A DNA stretch of 63,912 nt, counting the filler, from Octopus bimaculoides (Eukaryota), in the NCBI RefSeq assembly GCF_001194135.2. It is 11 parts of 11 records of this genome, joined end to end, with 100 filler letters (N's around TTAATTAATTAA, not from the genome) between each part and the next. Parts side by side here need not be neighbours in the genome. Positions count along the whole stretch, not along the records: positions 21,966 to 42,494 come from NC_068992.1; positions 42,595 to 45,123 come from NC_069005.1; positions 45,224 to 53,196 come from NC_068993.1; positions 53,297 to 55,651 come from NW_026394061.1; 7 more parts are not named here. The stretch is one strand, 5' to 3'. Each line of letters begins with the position of its first letter. The stretch's first letter is position 1. Positions 41,560 through 53,830 of this stretch are shown here, in pieces. The translations under genes and the position numbers were made by a program. The notes beneath the pieces were generated by a model. It searched no databases. It saw nothing but the letters and a program-made list of their open reading frames with translations, and was not told the DNA's origin.

Positions 41560-41912
41560 TATTAATTGCCTTTCATTCTTTCGGATGGATAAAAAAAATA
41601 CCAGTTGAACACCGGCGGCAATGTAACTGATCAGCTTTCAATCCCAAAACTTCTGACCTTGTGCTAAAATTTGAAACCAGTATTGTGACGGACCATTAGA
41701 CGGGAGAGCTGGCAGAATCGTTAACACACCGGGCAAAATACTTAGCGGCATTTCGTCTCTCAACGTTCTGAGTTGAGATTCCGCCGAAGTCAACTTTGCA
41801 TTTCCTCTTTCAGGGTCGATAAAATAAGTACCAGCTTAATACTGGGGTAGTTGTAATTGACTGATACCCCTCCTCCGAACTTGCTAACCTTGTGCTAAAA
41901 AGTGGAAACAAT
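41560..41912 (+). mobile_element. Two adjacent family-B SINEs (3' part of one, then a near-full copy at 41700-41912)
   Basis: Both end in CTTGTGCTAAAAxxTGxAAAC; the second begins GGGAGAGCTGGCAGAATCGTTAACACACCGGG. Confidence 0.75.
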
Positions 41913-42412
41913 ATTTTGACCGACTATAACACTGTGACAAATTCTTCTTTATGACTATATTTCGCAACATTAATCCGTTTAGAACGAAAGAACGATACAA
42001 TTTTTATTTCATTATTCATCTCTAAAATTCGCTACAACATCTGACCCTAGCAACACGAAATCCTATAAATCCAAGATACATCATTATCCATCTCTTTAAG
42101 TATATATTTTTTGATATCCAGGAAGTTATTGTTTTTTCTTTCAGCTATATTTCTCTAAAACACATCGTTACACATAACATTTGAATATTACCGACTTTGT
42201 ATATTCATGTGCGGGTAAAAACAGTGTTGTACATTATATGTATTCAGAGGTGTATCAGTTTCTATGCATTTATGTCGGTATATATGCCGGTATACATACA
42301 TTCATATACATACATTCATATACATACATATATACATGAATATGTGCATATGTGTATATATATTTATCAATATCAACGTCTCTCCCTCTCTCTCTATATC
42401 TCTCTCTTTCTC

Positions 42413-42443
<31 letters not shown>

Positions 42444-42447
42444 CTCA

Positions 42448-42494
<47 letters not shown>

Positions 42495-42594
42495 NNNNNN
42501 NNNNNNNNNNNNNNNNNNNNNNNNNNNNNNNNNNNNNNTTAATTAATTAANNNNNNNNNNNNNNNNNNNNNNNNNNNNNNNNNNNNNNNNNNNN

Positions 42595-42819
42595 CCGTAG
42601 ACAGCAAATACTTTTTATGGGCAATTTGATTTTATATATGTTTTTTTTAATCGAAATCTTTTAATTGACAATAAACCTATTTGTTAAATAAATAAATGTA
42701 AAAATATATGTTATTTTAAGCAAATATTTATGTATAAATTTCATAAGCGTTTATAAGGTCCCTAAGGTAAAGCCTGAAATATAAAGGGGTCCGCAAGTCA
42801 AAAAGTTTGAAAACCCCTG
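42595..42819 (-). mobile_element. hAT (Charlie-like) element end
   Basis: Ends AAAAAGTTTGAAAACCCCTG (reverse complement CAGGGGTTTTCAAACTTTTT), a typical hAT TIR; the other end is lost in the gap. Confidence 0.6.
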
Positions 42820-43396
42820 CACTAGAATATTGTAACTAAGCAAAACGATGACTAAAAAGCGAGATACTTATTTAAAAAGTCACCTAAGGAGACGGACACA
42901 ATCTACACCTATGATGTAAGACAATTGACTGTACAGTATCTCGCCTGTGAGGTACAGGGATCAGGACGAGTCCAAACGATTGTAATGGTTTTTGATAAAG
43001 TTCTCGTTAATTCCCTTTTCTGTTTCTGCTCGCTCTATCCATCCACCGGTCCATCCAAGACCGACCTACCGACCTACTTTCCTGTCTGTCTGTCTTATAT
43101 GCATGCTTGTGTAATTATGTCATGGGTGCGTTTGTATGAATGTAAATGTACGCACACATACACTCCTCTATATGTGCCTATGTATCTGTATATACATATA
43201 CTACTTTATATATGTGTATGCACACACACACACACACACACATAAGCATTATTTATAGAAACACACTTCTGCATAGAATATAGAATATAGTATATAGTAT
43301 ATTCCTTTGAGAACTGACGACACAAACAATATTTCTGTGACCCTCGTTGTAAAACATTAAAACCTCAAAAATTGTTCTTTCTTCTCATTTCATGGT

Positions 43397-43775
43397 TGTC
43401 CTCACTCCGTCGCTTACGACGTCGAGGGTTCCAGTTGATCCGATCAACGGAACAGCCTGATCGTGAAGTGAACGTGCAAGTGGCTGAGCACTCCACAGAC
43501 ACGTGTACCCTTAACGTAGTTCTCGGGGATATTCAGCGTGACAGTGTGTGAGAAGGCTGACCCCTTTGAATTACAGGCACAACAGAAACAGGAAGAAAGA
43601 GTGAGAGAAAGTTGTGGTGAAAGAGTACAGCAGGGTTCGCCACCATCCCCTGCCGGAGCCTCGTGAAACTTTAGGTGTTTTCGCTCAATAAACACTCACA
43701 ACGGTCTGGGAATCGAAACCGCGATCCTACGACCGCGAGTCCGCTGCCCTGGCCACTGGGCCATTGCGCCTCCAC
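43397..43775 (-). mobile_element. Full-length chimeric SINE (head D + family-C 3' module) with 11-bp TSD
   Basis: CATTTCATGGT at 43386-43396 and 43776-43786; the 5' ~200 nt match 5270-5582, the 3' part matches the module at 12030-12170 and 36570-36770. Confidence 0.85.
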
Positions 43776-43833
43776 CATTTCATGGTACGGCTGCATTGAA
43801 AAACTGTTGTCTCGCATGTCTGTTCCATAAAAG

Positions 43834-43882
43834 GAAAACTGAAAGCATTAAAAAGAACGGAACTACTTTCACTTTAATTTCC
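43834..43882. promoter_or_regulatory. Pair of IRF-element (IRF-E/ISRE-like) motifs in opposite orientation
   Basis: GAAAACTGAAAGC (43834-43846, +) matches G(A)AAA(G/C)(T/C)GAAA(G/C)(T/C) exactly. ACTTTCACTTT (43865-43875) reads AAAGTGAAAGT on the minus strand, preceded there by GGAAATT. Confidence 0.55.
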
Positions 43883-44279
43883 ACGAAAAGCATCATCGCG
43901 CGCGCACATCTGTATGTATACACTGTCTAGTTCTGGTGACGCATTCGTTACATATTACTGCAAGTCTTTACTCGCAATTGGGATTATACAGACTCATATC
44001 TCAACAAGTCTTCACTTCTACAATATTATATTTCAATCAATCACTTCGGATACTCTCGAACATTAATTAAGACTTCTAAACACTACATTAATCGAATTCT
44101 ATGCATTAAGTATCGGCAATTTTCCTTGATTACGTTCCTTCAAATGACATTTCTCGACCGAATTTAGAAATCCTGGAAATATACTTATTGTGAGTAAACT
44201 TCCCTTTCTTGAATTATTTTCAATAACATATACGGTATTTCTTTCCACCTGGTACGAAAACTATACATTCACAAACACA

Positions 44280-44654
44280 ATGACCCTTCAACTCAGTCCA
44301 AGTGATATCCGCTATACTCAAGATTCAATTGGCAGCAGGTTCCGTAACGGAATAACATTAAGTAGAACCATTTCAGATTTAGTCAAAGGTACAATCACGC
44401 CTGACAGCTTTCCTACAATTACAGTTTACCAAAAAGATGGGAAATACTACAGCTATGACAATAGGAGGCTATACGTTTTCAAAGAGTTGCAAAGGCGGAG
44501 TCAACCAGACTTGAAGATAAAGGTTTGCCTTACGTCGGCGGCACTATCACCATTGAAGTTCACGACGCATAACGATGGGCAAAGTATAATGGTCCGAGGA
44601 AATTCATCAACATTAGACTTGTTAAGCATGTCTTTTGATGACTTATTCTTGTAG
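44280..44654 (+). CDS. 124-aa ParB/Sulfiredoxin-superfamily-like protein (DNRRL type), apparently single exon
   Basis: Uninterrupted non-repetitive ORF: MTLQLSPSDIRYTQDSIGSRFRNG...FPTITVYQKDGKYYSYDNRRLYVFKEL...KFTTHNDGQSIMVRG. ATG in ACAAACACAATGA context (A at -3); AATAAA at 44679-44684, 25 nt after the stop. The IRYTQ and G.YY.YDNRRL pattern parallels the ParB/Srx GxxR motif region. The track starts the ORF at a GTG (44190), which is unlikely in a eukaryote. Confidence 0.8.
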   Translation: MTLQLSPSDIRYTQDSIGSRFRNGITLSRTISDLVKGTITPDSFPTITVYQKDGKYYSYDNRRLYVFKELQRRSQPDLKIKVCLTSAALSPLKFTTHNDGQSIMVRGNSSTLDLLSMSFDDLFL

Positions 44655-46544
44655 AATTATGAATTTAAAAAAAATAATAATAAATATCCCATTGCTAAAG
44701 GATATAAAAACAACAACAAAAACCAAAAAAGCTGCCGAATTTACTGTTCAGAAAACAATCTATAAACTTTAAATTTGCCCTTATGTCACCGACAGCATGT
44801 CTTCATTTAGAGAAGTGTCAAAAAACCCAAGTCTGTTGTATTTTATTTCAATAACCAACTCGCAAACCAAGTTATAATATAATTGCCATCATGCAAGAAA
44901 AACAAAAAAACAAAAACAAACAAACAAACAGACACTACACTGGAAAAGTTAATTTGGTCGGAGTTTGGTTTCCGTGAGTAATTTTTGCAAACTTTTACTT
45001 CCGACTTTTTAAAAACTGTAAATCTGAAAATGGCCGAAAGCGAAAAAGTTGCAGAAAGAGTGTGGAATAAAAATAAATAAATAAAATAAAAAATATAAAA
45101 AAGAAGTTTTTGCAGATTGTTTANNNNNNNNNNNNNNNNNNNNNNNNNNNNNNNNNNNNNNNNNNNNTTAATTAATTAANNNNNNNNNNNNNNNNNNNNN
45201 NNNNNNNNNNNNNNNNNNNNNNNATATATATATATATATATAGATACATACACACATATATATACAAGTATAAAGATATGTACGCGTATGAATGTGTATG
45301 TGCATTTTTGTGTGTATGTGTGCGTGTATGTATATGTGTGTGTTTGTCTGTCTATCTGTGTTTGTGTGTTTGTGAAAGTGTGTGTGTGTAGATAAAGATA
45401 TATCTAAAGATTAACAGGTACATTTATACAAATATATGTACATATATGGATGGATAGATGGATGGAGGTGTTTATATATATGTATACACACACACATACG
45501 CAAATACAATTATGTATTTGTGTATGTTTGTAAGTATATAGACATATATATATGTATACAACTATGTCTATATGCATACATACTTATGTGTATATAAGTG
45601 CACATACATATATATAATTATATACTTACATACATATACACACATGCATGTGTATGTATATATATATACACACACACATAAACATATATGTATCTATGNN
45701 NNNNNNNNNNNNNNNNNNNNNNNNNNNNNNNNNNNNNNNNNNNNNNNNNNNNNNNNNNNNNNNNNNNNNNNNNNNNNNNNNNNNNNNNNNNNNNNNNNNN
45801 NNNNNNNNNNNNNNNNNNNNTATATATATATCAATATTGTTATGTATAAGTACACACACACACATACACATATAGAGCAATATATTTCCTATATAGTATA
45901 CATATCAACATATGTATATGTAATATATCATACACGAGATATCGTTAAATCTGCGCACACCAACCAAAAATACACACATGTGGATGTATGTATGTATATA
46001 TGTATGTATGTATGTATGCATGCATGCATGTGTGTATGTGTGTATGTATGCATGTATGTACGTACGTATGTATATATACATATATATAGATATGTACTCC
46101 CATGTATTAATAGCAACCCTGCTTTATATATTATCATTAAATGCGATAATCTATCCATCAGTTTATTTTTCTTTCCCAGCCATTCTTATTAGCGGAGTGT
46201 GAATATGTGCCTCTATATATATATGTGTTTTTATGTGTTTGTGTGTGTGCATGCGGTTGTGTGTGTGTGTGCGTGTGTGTGTGTGCGTGTGTGTGTGTGT
46301 GTGAGAAAGAGAGAGAGAGAGAGAGAGTTCATGTGAGTATGTTGGTATGTATGTAGTATATACATTTATATATATAGTCCTTCCTTATATACATGTATAT
46401 TTAGATATATTTTGTTTAGTATGTAAATACATTCATATACATAAACGTATATATGAATGTACACGCATATAAATATATACATACATGCATGTATATATAT
46501 ATATACATACATATATATGTATATATTTATATGTCTATACATTC

Positions 46545-46596
<52 letters not shown>

Positions 46597-46890
46597 CATC
46601 TAAATATATCTACGCACACTGAAACTTTGATGTACTTAATGTCAAAGAATATATCAAATAGTTATATGCCTGATTTTGTTGTAAATTCCCAATGTATAAA
46701 TATATATATGCGTGGGTGTAGGAGAACGAAATAAAATTACTTTTAATAGAAACATTTCAACGGAATAGTATATATATATCCATTTCTACAACTATATGTC
46801 CGTGTGTTTATTCTATACACACACACATACACTCACACACTCATGTGTATGTATATACATATTCATTTATATATTGACATATGCATATTG

Positions 46891-46925
<35 letters not shown>

Positions 46926-47139
46926 ATATACTAACCCATATATGCTCTCTTAAAATGGTGTATTGAAACATAACATTGGTCATCGTATCTCATTTGGCTT
47001 TGTTCTCCTGCTGGATTTGTAGCGGCTGTCATGGTGGATACCTCGACTGACCAAAGTCGCTTTGTTGTAAAAGGAAGAATGTGAAATCGCTAGAAAAACA
47101 TGAGAGGAAGAGGAAACTGACCACTCTACAGGACTGTCA

Positions 47140-47280
47140 CTTTATATTTATCAACCACTCCCCGGACAATAGACTGCACACTTGGTCGCGTTGGGATTCG
47201 ATCTCAGAACGTAGAGAGCCGGCCCGCTTGCTGTAGATAGTGTTATGCGAAGCTGTAACGATTCCGCTAGCTTGCTGCAT
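47140..47280 (-). mobile_element. Degenerate family-B-like SINE
   Basis: GGGATTCGATCTCAGAACGTAGAG...AACGATTCCGCTAGCT resembles the family-B head. Confidence 0.45.
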
Positions 47281-49274
47281 GACTTTATGCTTTATAACTT
47301 TGGTAACTAATTCATTATCTTCTCAAATGGTGATGACATTGCTCATATGTGACTTCTATGTCTAGCAAATGTCCCAGCCATTTAATGACTTGATTCATCA
47401 TTTGACACATACAAATGTACTCAAAACAGTAGACTATACAATAAGACCGATGTGGTTATCACTACTAAGAGAAGGAGCGTACACTGAGATGTCAGAAAAG
47501 CTTTATCTCATCTATCGCTTTTAAAATGGGAAACGAATGTACGATTAGGGCTTCAAGCAGCAGACCAACATTATGCAACAAGACCTTTTCAAGCACGTTG
47601 GGCGTGATTTGGGGGACATTTGACGGCTATTGACTACAGGCCGAATGAATAATTGTTGTGTCTTGTGTTCAAAGGTTGTTATTCCTTTTGTCAGTGTTTA
47701 GCGCCTGGTCAATAATTGAAGGTGTTCCGATTGTGACCATCAAGAGTTTTTCTTATATCTATACTGGTGATTTGTATATGTTGACTTGTGTGTGTATGTG
47801 TGTGTGGAATGTTTTCTGTTGATTTCAATCTATAGAAGAAGCAGACGACAAATAAGAAATTTGGATTGAAGAAACGCATTCACTTAAGGAGTAATACCCA
47901 CAACGCCACTGTTTAATACAGTAACTTGCAGTTTACAAACATAAACATTAGACTAGACACACACACATACACACACGTACAGTATAATGTTTAATAGGTG
48001 AAGATGCTACTTTTCACGCTGTAAATATAAACATATGAGTCACACTTTTACTTCTACACATAAGCAATCTACACGTTTTTGATAAACTCATATAAATACA
48101 GAAACGCACACACATGTGCACACTCATACATACACACATGCATGTACAACTGACTCGCATACACACACGAACATATTAATGCTTGTTTTCATGTTAGGTT
48201 ATATATGAAAACAATTTTACGTTAGACTTAAGAACTACTCAATAATTTTAGTTTATTAAACTTCCACAAGGAAAAAATTTCGAGTTACTTCGAACTTTAT
48301 GCTTGCCTTCGTCATATTGCGTCTCTCTCTTTTTATTTCTCTCTCTCGCTGTAAGTATATATATGTATATATATATACATATATACATATATACATACAT
48401 ATATATGTATGTATATATACACACACATGTATATATATACATAATACGTACATATATATATAATACATATATACTTACATATATATATATATACATATAT
48501 GCATGTATATATATNNNNNNNNNNNNNNNNNNNNNNNNNNNNNNNNNNNNNNNNNNNNNNNNNNNNNNNNNNNNNNNNNNNNNNNNNNNNNNNNNNNNNN
48601 NNNNNNNNNNNNNNNNNNNNNNNNNNNNNNNNNNNNNNNNNNNNNNNNNNNNNNNNNNNNNNNNNNNNNNNNNNNNNNNNNNNNNNNNNNNNNNNNNNNN
48701 NNNNNNNNNNNNNNNNNNNNNNNNNNNNNNNNNNNNNNNNNNNNNNNNNNNNNNNNNNNNNNNNNNNNNNNNNNNNNNNNNNNNNNNNNNNNNNNNNNNN
48801 NNNNNNNNNNNNNNNNNNNNNNNNNNNNNNNNNNNNNNNNNNNNNNNNNNNNNNNNNNNNNNNNNNNNNNNNNNNNNNNNNNNNNNNNNNNNNNNNNNNN
48901 NNNNNNNNNNNNNNNNNNNNNNNNNNNNNNNNNNNNNNNNNNNNNNNNNNNNNNNNNNNNNNNNNNNNNNNNNNNNNNNNNNNNNNNNNNNNNNNNNNNN
49001 NNNNNNNNNNNNNNNNNNNNNNNNNNNNNNNNNNNNNNNNNNNNNNNNNNNNNNNNNNNNNNNNNNNNNNNNNNNNNNNNNNNNNNNNNNNNNNNNNNNN
49101 NNNNNNNNNNNNNNNNNNNNNNNNNNNNNNNNNNNNNNNNNNNNNNNNNNNNNNNNNNNNNNNNNNNNNNNNNNNNNNNNNNNNNNNNNNNNNNNNNNNN
49201 NNNNNNNNNNNNNNNNNCATGTGAATCGTTGGCGATTTTTTCCCTTCGTCTTCCTTTTCATTGGACTTTCCTCT

Positions 49275-49309
49275 GTTTCTGAAGAAGAGCTTTGCTCGAA
49301 ACATTAAAC
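49275..49309 (+). other. Degenerate hammerhead-like motif (extra-A class)
   Basis: GUUU-CUGAAGA-A-GAGC-UUU-GCUC-GAAAC-AUU-AAAC; AACATT is one CpG-type transition away from the AACGTT palindrome at 10474-10479. Confidence 0.45.
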
Positions 49310-49954
49310 CATCTTTCTTTCCTTCTCTGAACGTCTGTTGTTATTTGTGTGTTTGTTCTTCGTTTTTTTTTTTGAGGGGGGTGGGAATTTACTATATATA
49401 TATTTACCCTAAAAAGGAGAGAGTTTTATCTTACAAATTCTGAACCCGCAGAGCACTGATCCGGTTTTCACCCATGGTATGCTTAATGCGGCCCTTTTCG
49501 CATCCATTATATGTGAATACATACACATGGGTCGTAGGTTATTCATGAAAATTTCATTCTAGTACAGAGTGAAAATAAAATGAATTCGATCTTACATATG
49601 TCTGTTCGTTTTCTTTCACTATTGCTAAGCGCTACTAGCCATATGTATAGAGAGTAACCAGATAAAAGAAGTCAAAATGTTCACTACATTAGATGACAGC
49701 TGTTTCGTAATCTTTGTTACTAACATAAGTGTGGTTGCATTATCTGTCACTCATATATAAATGAACACACATATGAATACACATATAAACACCCATAAAT
49801 GTTATTGAGGTGTAGCATAACGAACAGACGATACTTCAGAACATTTTGTAGCAAGATAAACACCAGATTATAGGTGTGTGCATGTGTGTGTATGTGAGTA
49901 TGTGTGCACGCACGCACACACGTGCATGCACACTCATGCACAGACACATGTGAA

Positions 49955-50200
49955 GATACATGGCCTAGTGGTTAGAGTGTTTCACCCTAACCTGGACTGA
50001 GTGGTGCATTGTGTTCTTGCGCAAACAGTTCATCTCCCGTTGCTGTACGCTTACTTCGACACCTGACGTGTTGTACTCAGTGCACCTCCTCAGGCAGCAT
50101 TGTTTCCATTGTTGAGAGTAAGCTAATGAACATCACATCCATTTGATCACTATAAACAAATCATATGTGCTGGGTCTTCAACATGAAATTGCAGAACCGT
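49955..50200 (+). mobile_element. Degenerate family-C-like SINE
   Basis: CATGGCCTAGTGGTTAGAGTG A box and CORE-like TTGCGCAAACAGTTCATCTCCCGTTGCT. Confidence 0.45.
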
Positions 50201-50484
50201 ATTTCACAGACTACGAATGACAACCATTATATATACGCACACAAAAATATATACGCGTGCTTGTAGATGTGTATGTTTATATCATTATACTGTTTACATA
50301 ACTGACATTTTCCTTCCAGAAAATCAAAAACAAATGACTGTTTCTAAATGGCATATCAAATCCAGAGAATCCCCTGTTCTTGTGATTGAGATTCGTTGTA
50401 TTGCTGAGTCAGTCGTAATTGTCCCTAGGCAATTATTTACCTCTTCTCAAAGTAATAATATTTTTCATCTTTTCTCGTTTACCT

Positions 50485-50835
50485 GTTTCAGTCCCTGGAG
50501 TGCGGCCATGCTGGTGCACGACGTTGAAAAGTTTAGTCGAAGGAATCGACAACAGAACTTTCTTCTTAAAGCCTCGTACTTATTCCGTGGGTTACTTAAA
50601 AATAAACCAGCACCGGTTGTCAAGTGATGGTGGTGGCCAAACACAAACACAAAGATATACACACAATCATAGATATGTATATACAGATAGGCATACACAC
50701 AAGTACACATACAAGCAAACATACATACATACACACATACATACGTGCACACACATACACACATATGACGGGTTTCTTCGAGTTTTCTATCCAGCAAATT
50801 CTCTCACAAGGCCTTGGACCATCCGGGTCTATCGT
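50485..50835 (-). mobile_element. Family-A SINE
   Basis: TTTCAGTCCCTGGAGTGCGGCCATGCTGGTGCAC...CCAGCACCGGTTGTCAAGTGATG...(CA)n...GACGGGTTTCTTCGAGTTTTCTATCCAGCAAATTCTCTCACAAGGC. Confidence 0.75.
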
Positions 50836-51180
50836 ATGAGACACCAACATATGCATATGTATGCATACATGTATATCTATATATGCAAGTATATCTATGC
50901 ATTTATAGTAAATTTTTACAACAAAATGTTGACAGTGACGTTGCAAATATTGTTCAGTCACTTTCGTCACATATAATTGTACATGCATGCGCATCTCTCT
51001 CGCCACCCTAGGCTTTCTCTCTATTTATCTTTTTACCTGTCTATCAATCTCTCTTTCTCTCTCTATCTATCTATGTATCTATCTATCTATCTATCTATCT
51101 ATTTACCTATCAATCTCTCTCTCCTCCTCTAAATATATATATATATATGCACATATATACATACATACATGTATATCCAT

Positions 51181-51211
<31 letters not shown>

Positions 51212-51342
51212 TATATATATATATATATACATACACACACACATAGATGTATGTGTATGTGTGTGCCTGTTTGTGCTTGTACGCTTGTTTTCCATTTTAC
51301 TTCTAAGCGTCCAATGGTAATACTACGAACAGACTCAACACG

Positions 51343-51408
<66 letters not shown>

Positions 51409-51788
51409 AAACACATTCACGTAGATTTATACAATCCCACTCTACAGTACAGGCGATAAGACATATATACATCCGCACACAACTATATACACGCATCCCC
51501 ACTTGTACACACACACAGAGGAATCACCAAACTTGGCGCGTGCTGTTAAAAAATTAGGGAATCGAGGAATTTCATTTCCTCAGTGTTTCTCTAACCGATG
51601 TAAGCTGTATCGCATTCGCACGTGCTAATGAGGGAAGCCTTTACGCTAGCTAGAAATAGCAGCTCAGTTTCCTTAAGAAAACTTTGAATAGTATGTGTGC
51701 CTGTGTGTCTATCTGTGTGCGTCTGAGTTTGTGTGTGTGAATGTGTGTGTGTGTGTATGTGTGTGTGTGTGTATGTGTGTGTGTGTAT

Positions 51789-51833
<45 letters not shown>

Positions 51834-53118
51834 TCTAAGCACTTGCACGTAATACGATCATCTCTCACGTACAAATGGTTAAAATATGAAATGTTTTTAT
51901 GGGTACGCTTTGTGTAAGCGTTTGAACATGTAGTGTGAAATACATCCACTTACATACATCCTAGGCGGCACGCATTTATACACACACACACGCACACACA
52001 TATATATACACACACACACATACACACACATACACACATACACACACACACAAGGTTTACACACTCAAAATACACACGGATATAGTATCACTGAACAGGA
52101 ATGACCTTATAGAAATGTATATATACATTTACATATATAAATATATATATATATATATATANNNNNNNNNNNNNNNNNNNNNNNNNNNNNNNNNNNNNNN
52201 NNNNNNNNNNNNNNNNNNNNNNNNNNNNNNNNNNNNNNNNNNNNNNNNNNNNNNNNNNNNNNNNNNNNNNNNNNNNNNNNNNNNNNNNNNNNNNNNNNNN
52301 NNNNNNNNNNNNNNNNNNNNNNNNNNNNNNNNNNNNNNNNNNNNNNNNNNNNNNNNNNNNNNNNNNNNNNNNNNNNNNNNNNNNNNNNNNNNNNNNNNNN
52401 NNNNNNNNNNNNNNNNNNNNNNNNNNNNNNNNNNNNNNNNNNNNNNNNNNNNNNNNNNNNNNNNNNNNNNNNNNNNNNNNNNNNNNNNNNNNNNNNNNNN
52501 NNNNNNNNNNNNNNNNNNNNNNNNNNNNNNNNNNNNNNNNNNNNNNNNNNNNNNNNNNNNNNNNNNNNNNNNNNNNNNNNNNNNNNNNNNNNNNNNNNNN
52601 NNNNNATATATATATATATATATATATATAAGTATGAATGAATATATAAATGTATATATACACATTTATATGTATATTCAGATATATGTGTCTGTATGTA
52701 TACATAAAATACTTACGCATACATATAAACACACACACAGACACACACAGGCACACACACACAAACACACACACACACACACACATACGCACACACACAC
52801 ACTCACATATATTTATATATGTACATATATATATGTATATATTTATATGTACACGCATTGCTACATACATTCAGATACGTGCATACATACATATATATCC
52901 GCAATCACATATGTATATTTACATATATCTACATACATTTATGCACATACCTACATTATATCTATCTACCTATCTACCAATATAACCATATATATGTACG
53001 TACCTTTCTCTCTCTTTCTGTCTGTCCGCCTCTCTCTCTCTCTCTCTCTCTCTCTTGCATTCATTCTCTGTGTGTACGTATAGATATGTATGTATGTATA
53101 TGTATATATATTAATATA

Positions 53119-53156
<38 letters not shown>

Positions 53157-53296
53157 CACACATATATTTTACATACATACATGCATATATATATATNNNN
53201 NNNNNNNNNNNNNNNNNNNNNNNNNNNNNNNNNNNNNNNNTTAATTAATTAANNNNNNNNNNNNNNNNNNNNNNNNNNNNNNNNNNNNNNNNNNNN

Positions 53297-53476
53297 CACC
53301 ATCGCTTGACAACCGATGATGATGTGTTTACGTCCCCGTAACTTAGCGGTTCGGTAGAAGAGATCGATAGAATAAGTACTACAAAGAATAAGTCCTGGGA
53401 TCAGCTTGTTCGACTAAACGCGGTGCTCCAGCATGACCGCAGTCAAATGACTGAAACAAATAAAAGAAAAAAGAAT
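53297..53476 (+). mobile_element. Family-A SINE, 3' half
   Basis: CATCGCTTGACAACCGATG...GGTGCTCCAGCATGACCGCAGTCAAATGACTGAAACAAATAAAAG. Confidence 0.85.
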
Positions 53477-53487
53477 ATATATATATA

Positions 53488-53830
53488 CAGGGCTGGCTAA
53501 AAGTCAATTGACAGTAAATCAAAACCATTTAATTCCAAGATTTATTTATGTTTAGCAACTGAATGGATTTAATAAAAGCATCTAAATATGAACGGACATA
53601 TTAAAAGTAGAGACAATGTTCAATGGATCCAAAAGTTTCTTCGACGGGCCATTTCGGAGACGTGTCAGTTAATATGACATGAATTTCATATTTTTAAGGA
53701 ACAAGACACTCTCCTCATCAGGATGCTCCACATTACGAAAGACACCATGAAGACTACAAAAAAGGACAACTCACATAATCACGTTCCAGCGAATTCGAAA
53801 AATCTTTGACATTATAGTTATTCCCTTTAT
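53488..53830. mobile_element. Possible Tc1/mariner-type terminus
   Basis: TA followed by CAGGGCTGGCTAAAAGTC resembles Tc1/mariner ends; no convincing ORF or second TIR was found. Confidence 0.3.

Noticed and set aside
44190-44279. 30-aa N-terminal extension of the ParB-like ORF from GTG, and the GTGAGT there as an intron donor
   Set aside because: A GTG start is unlikely in a eukaryote. The first AG after the donor is at ~44297, and using it would remove the ATG. Left unresolved pending RNA-seq.
53700-53730. Minus-strand CTGATGA followed by GGA...TCC
   Set aside because: No GAAA-NUH arrangement or stem I; a chance match.
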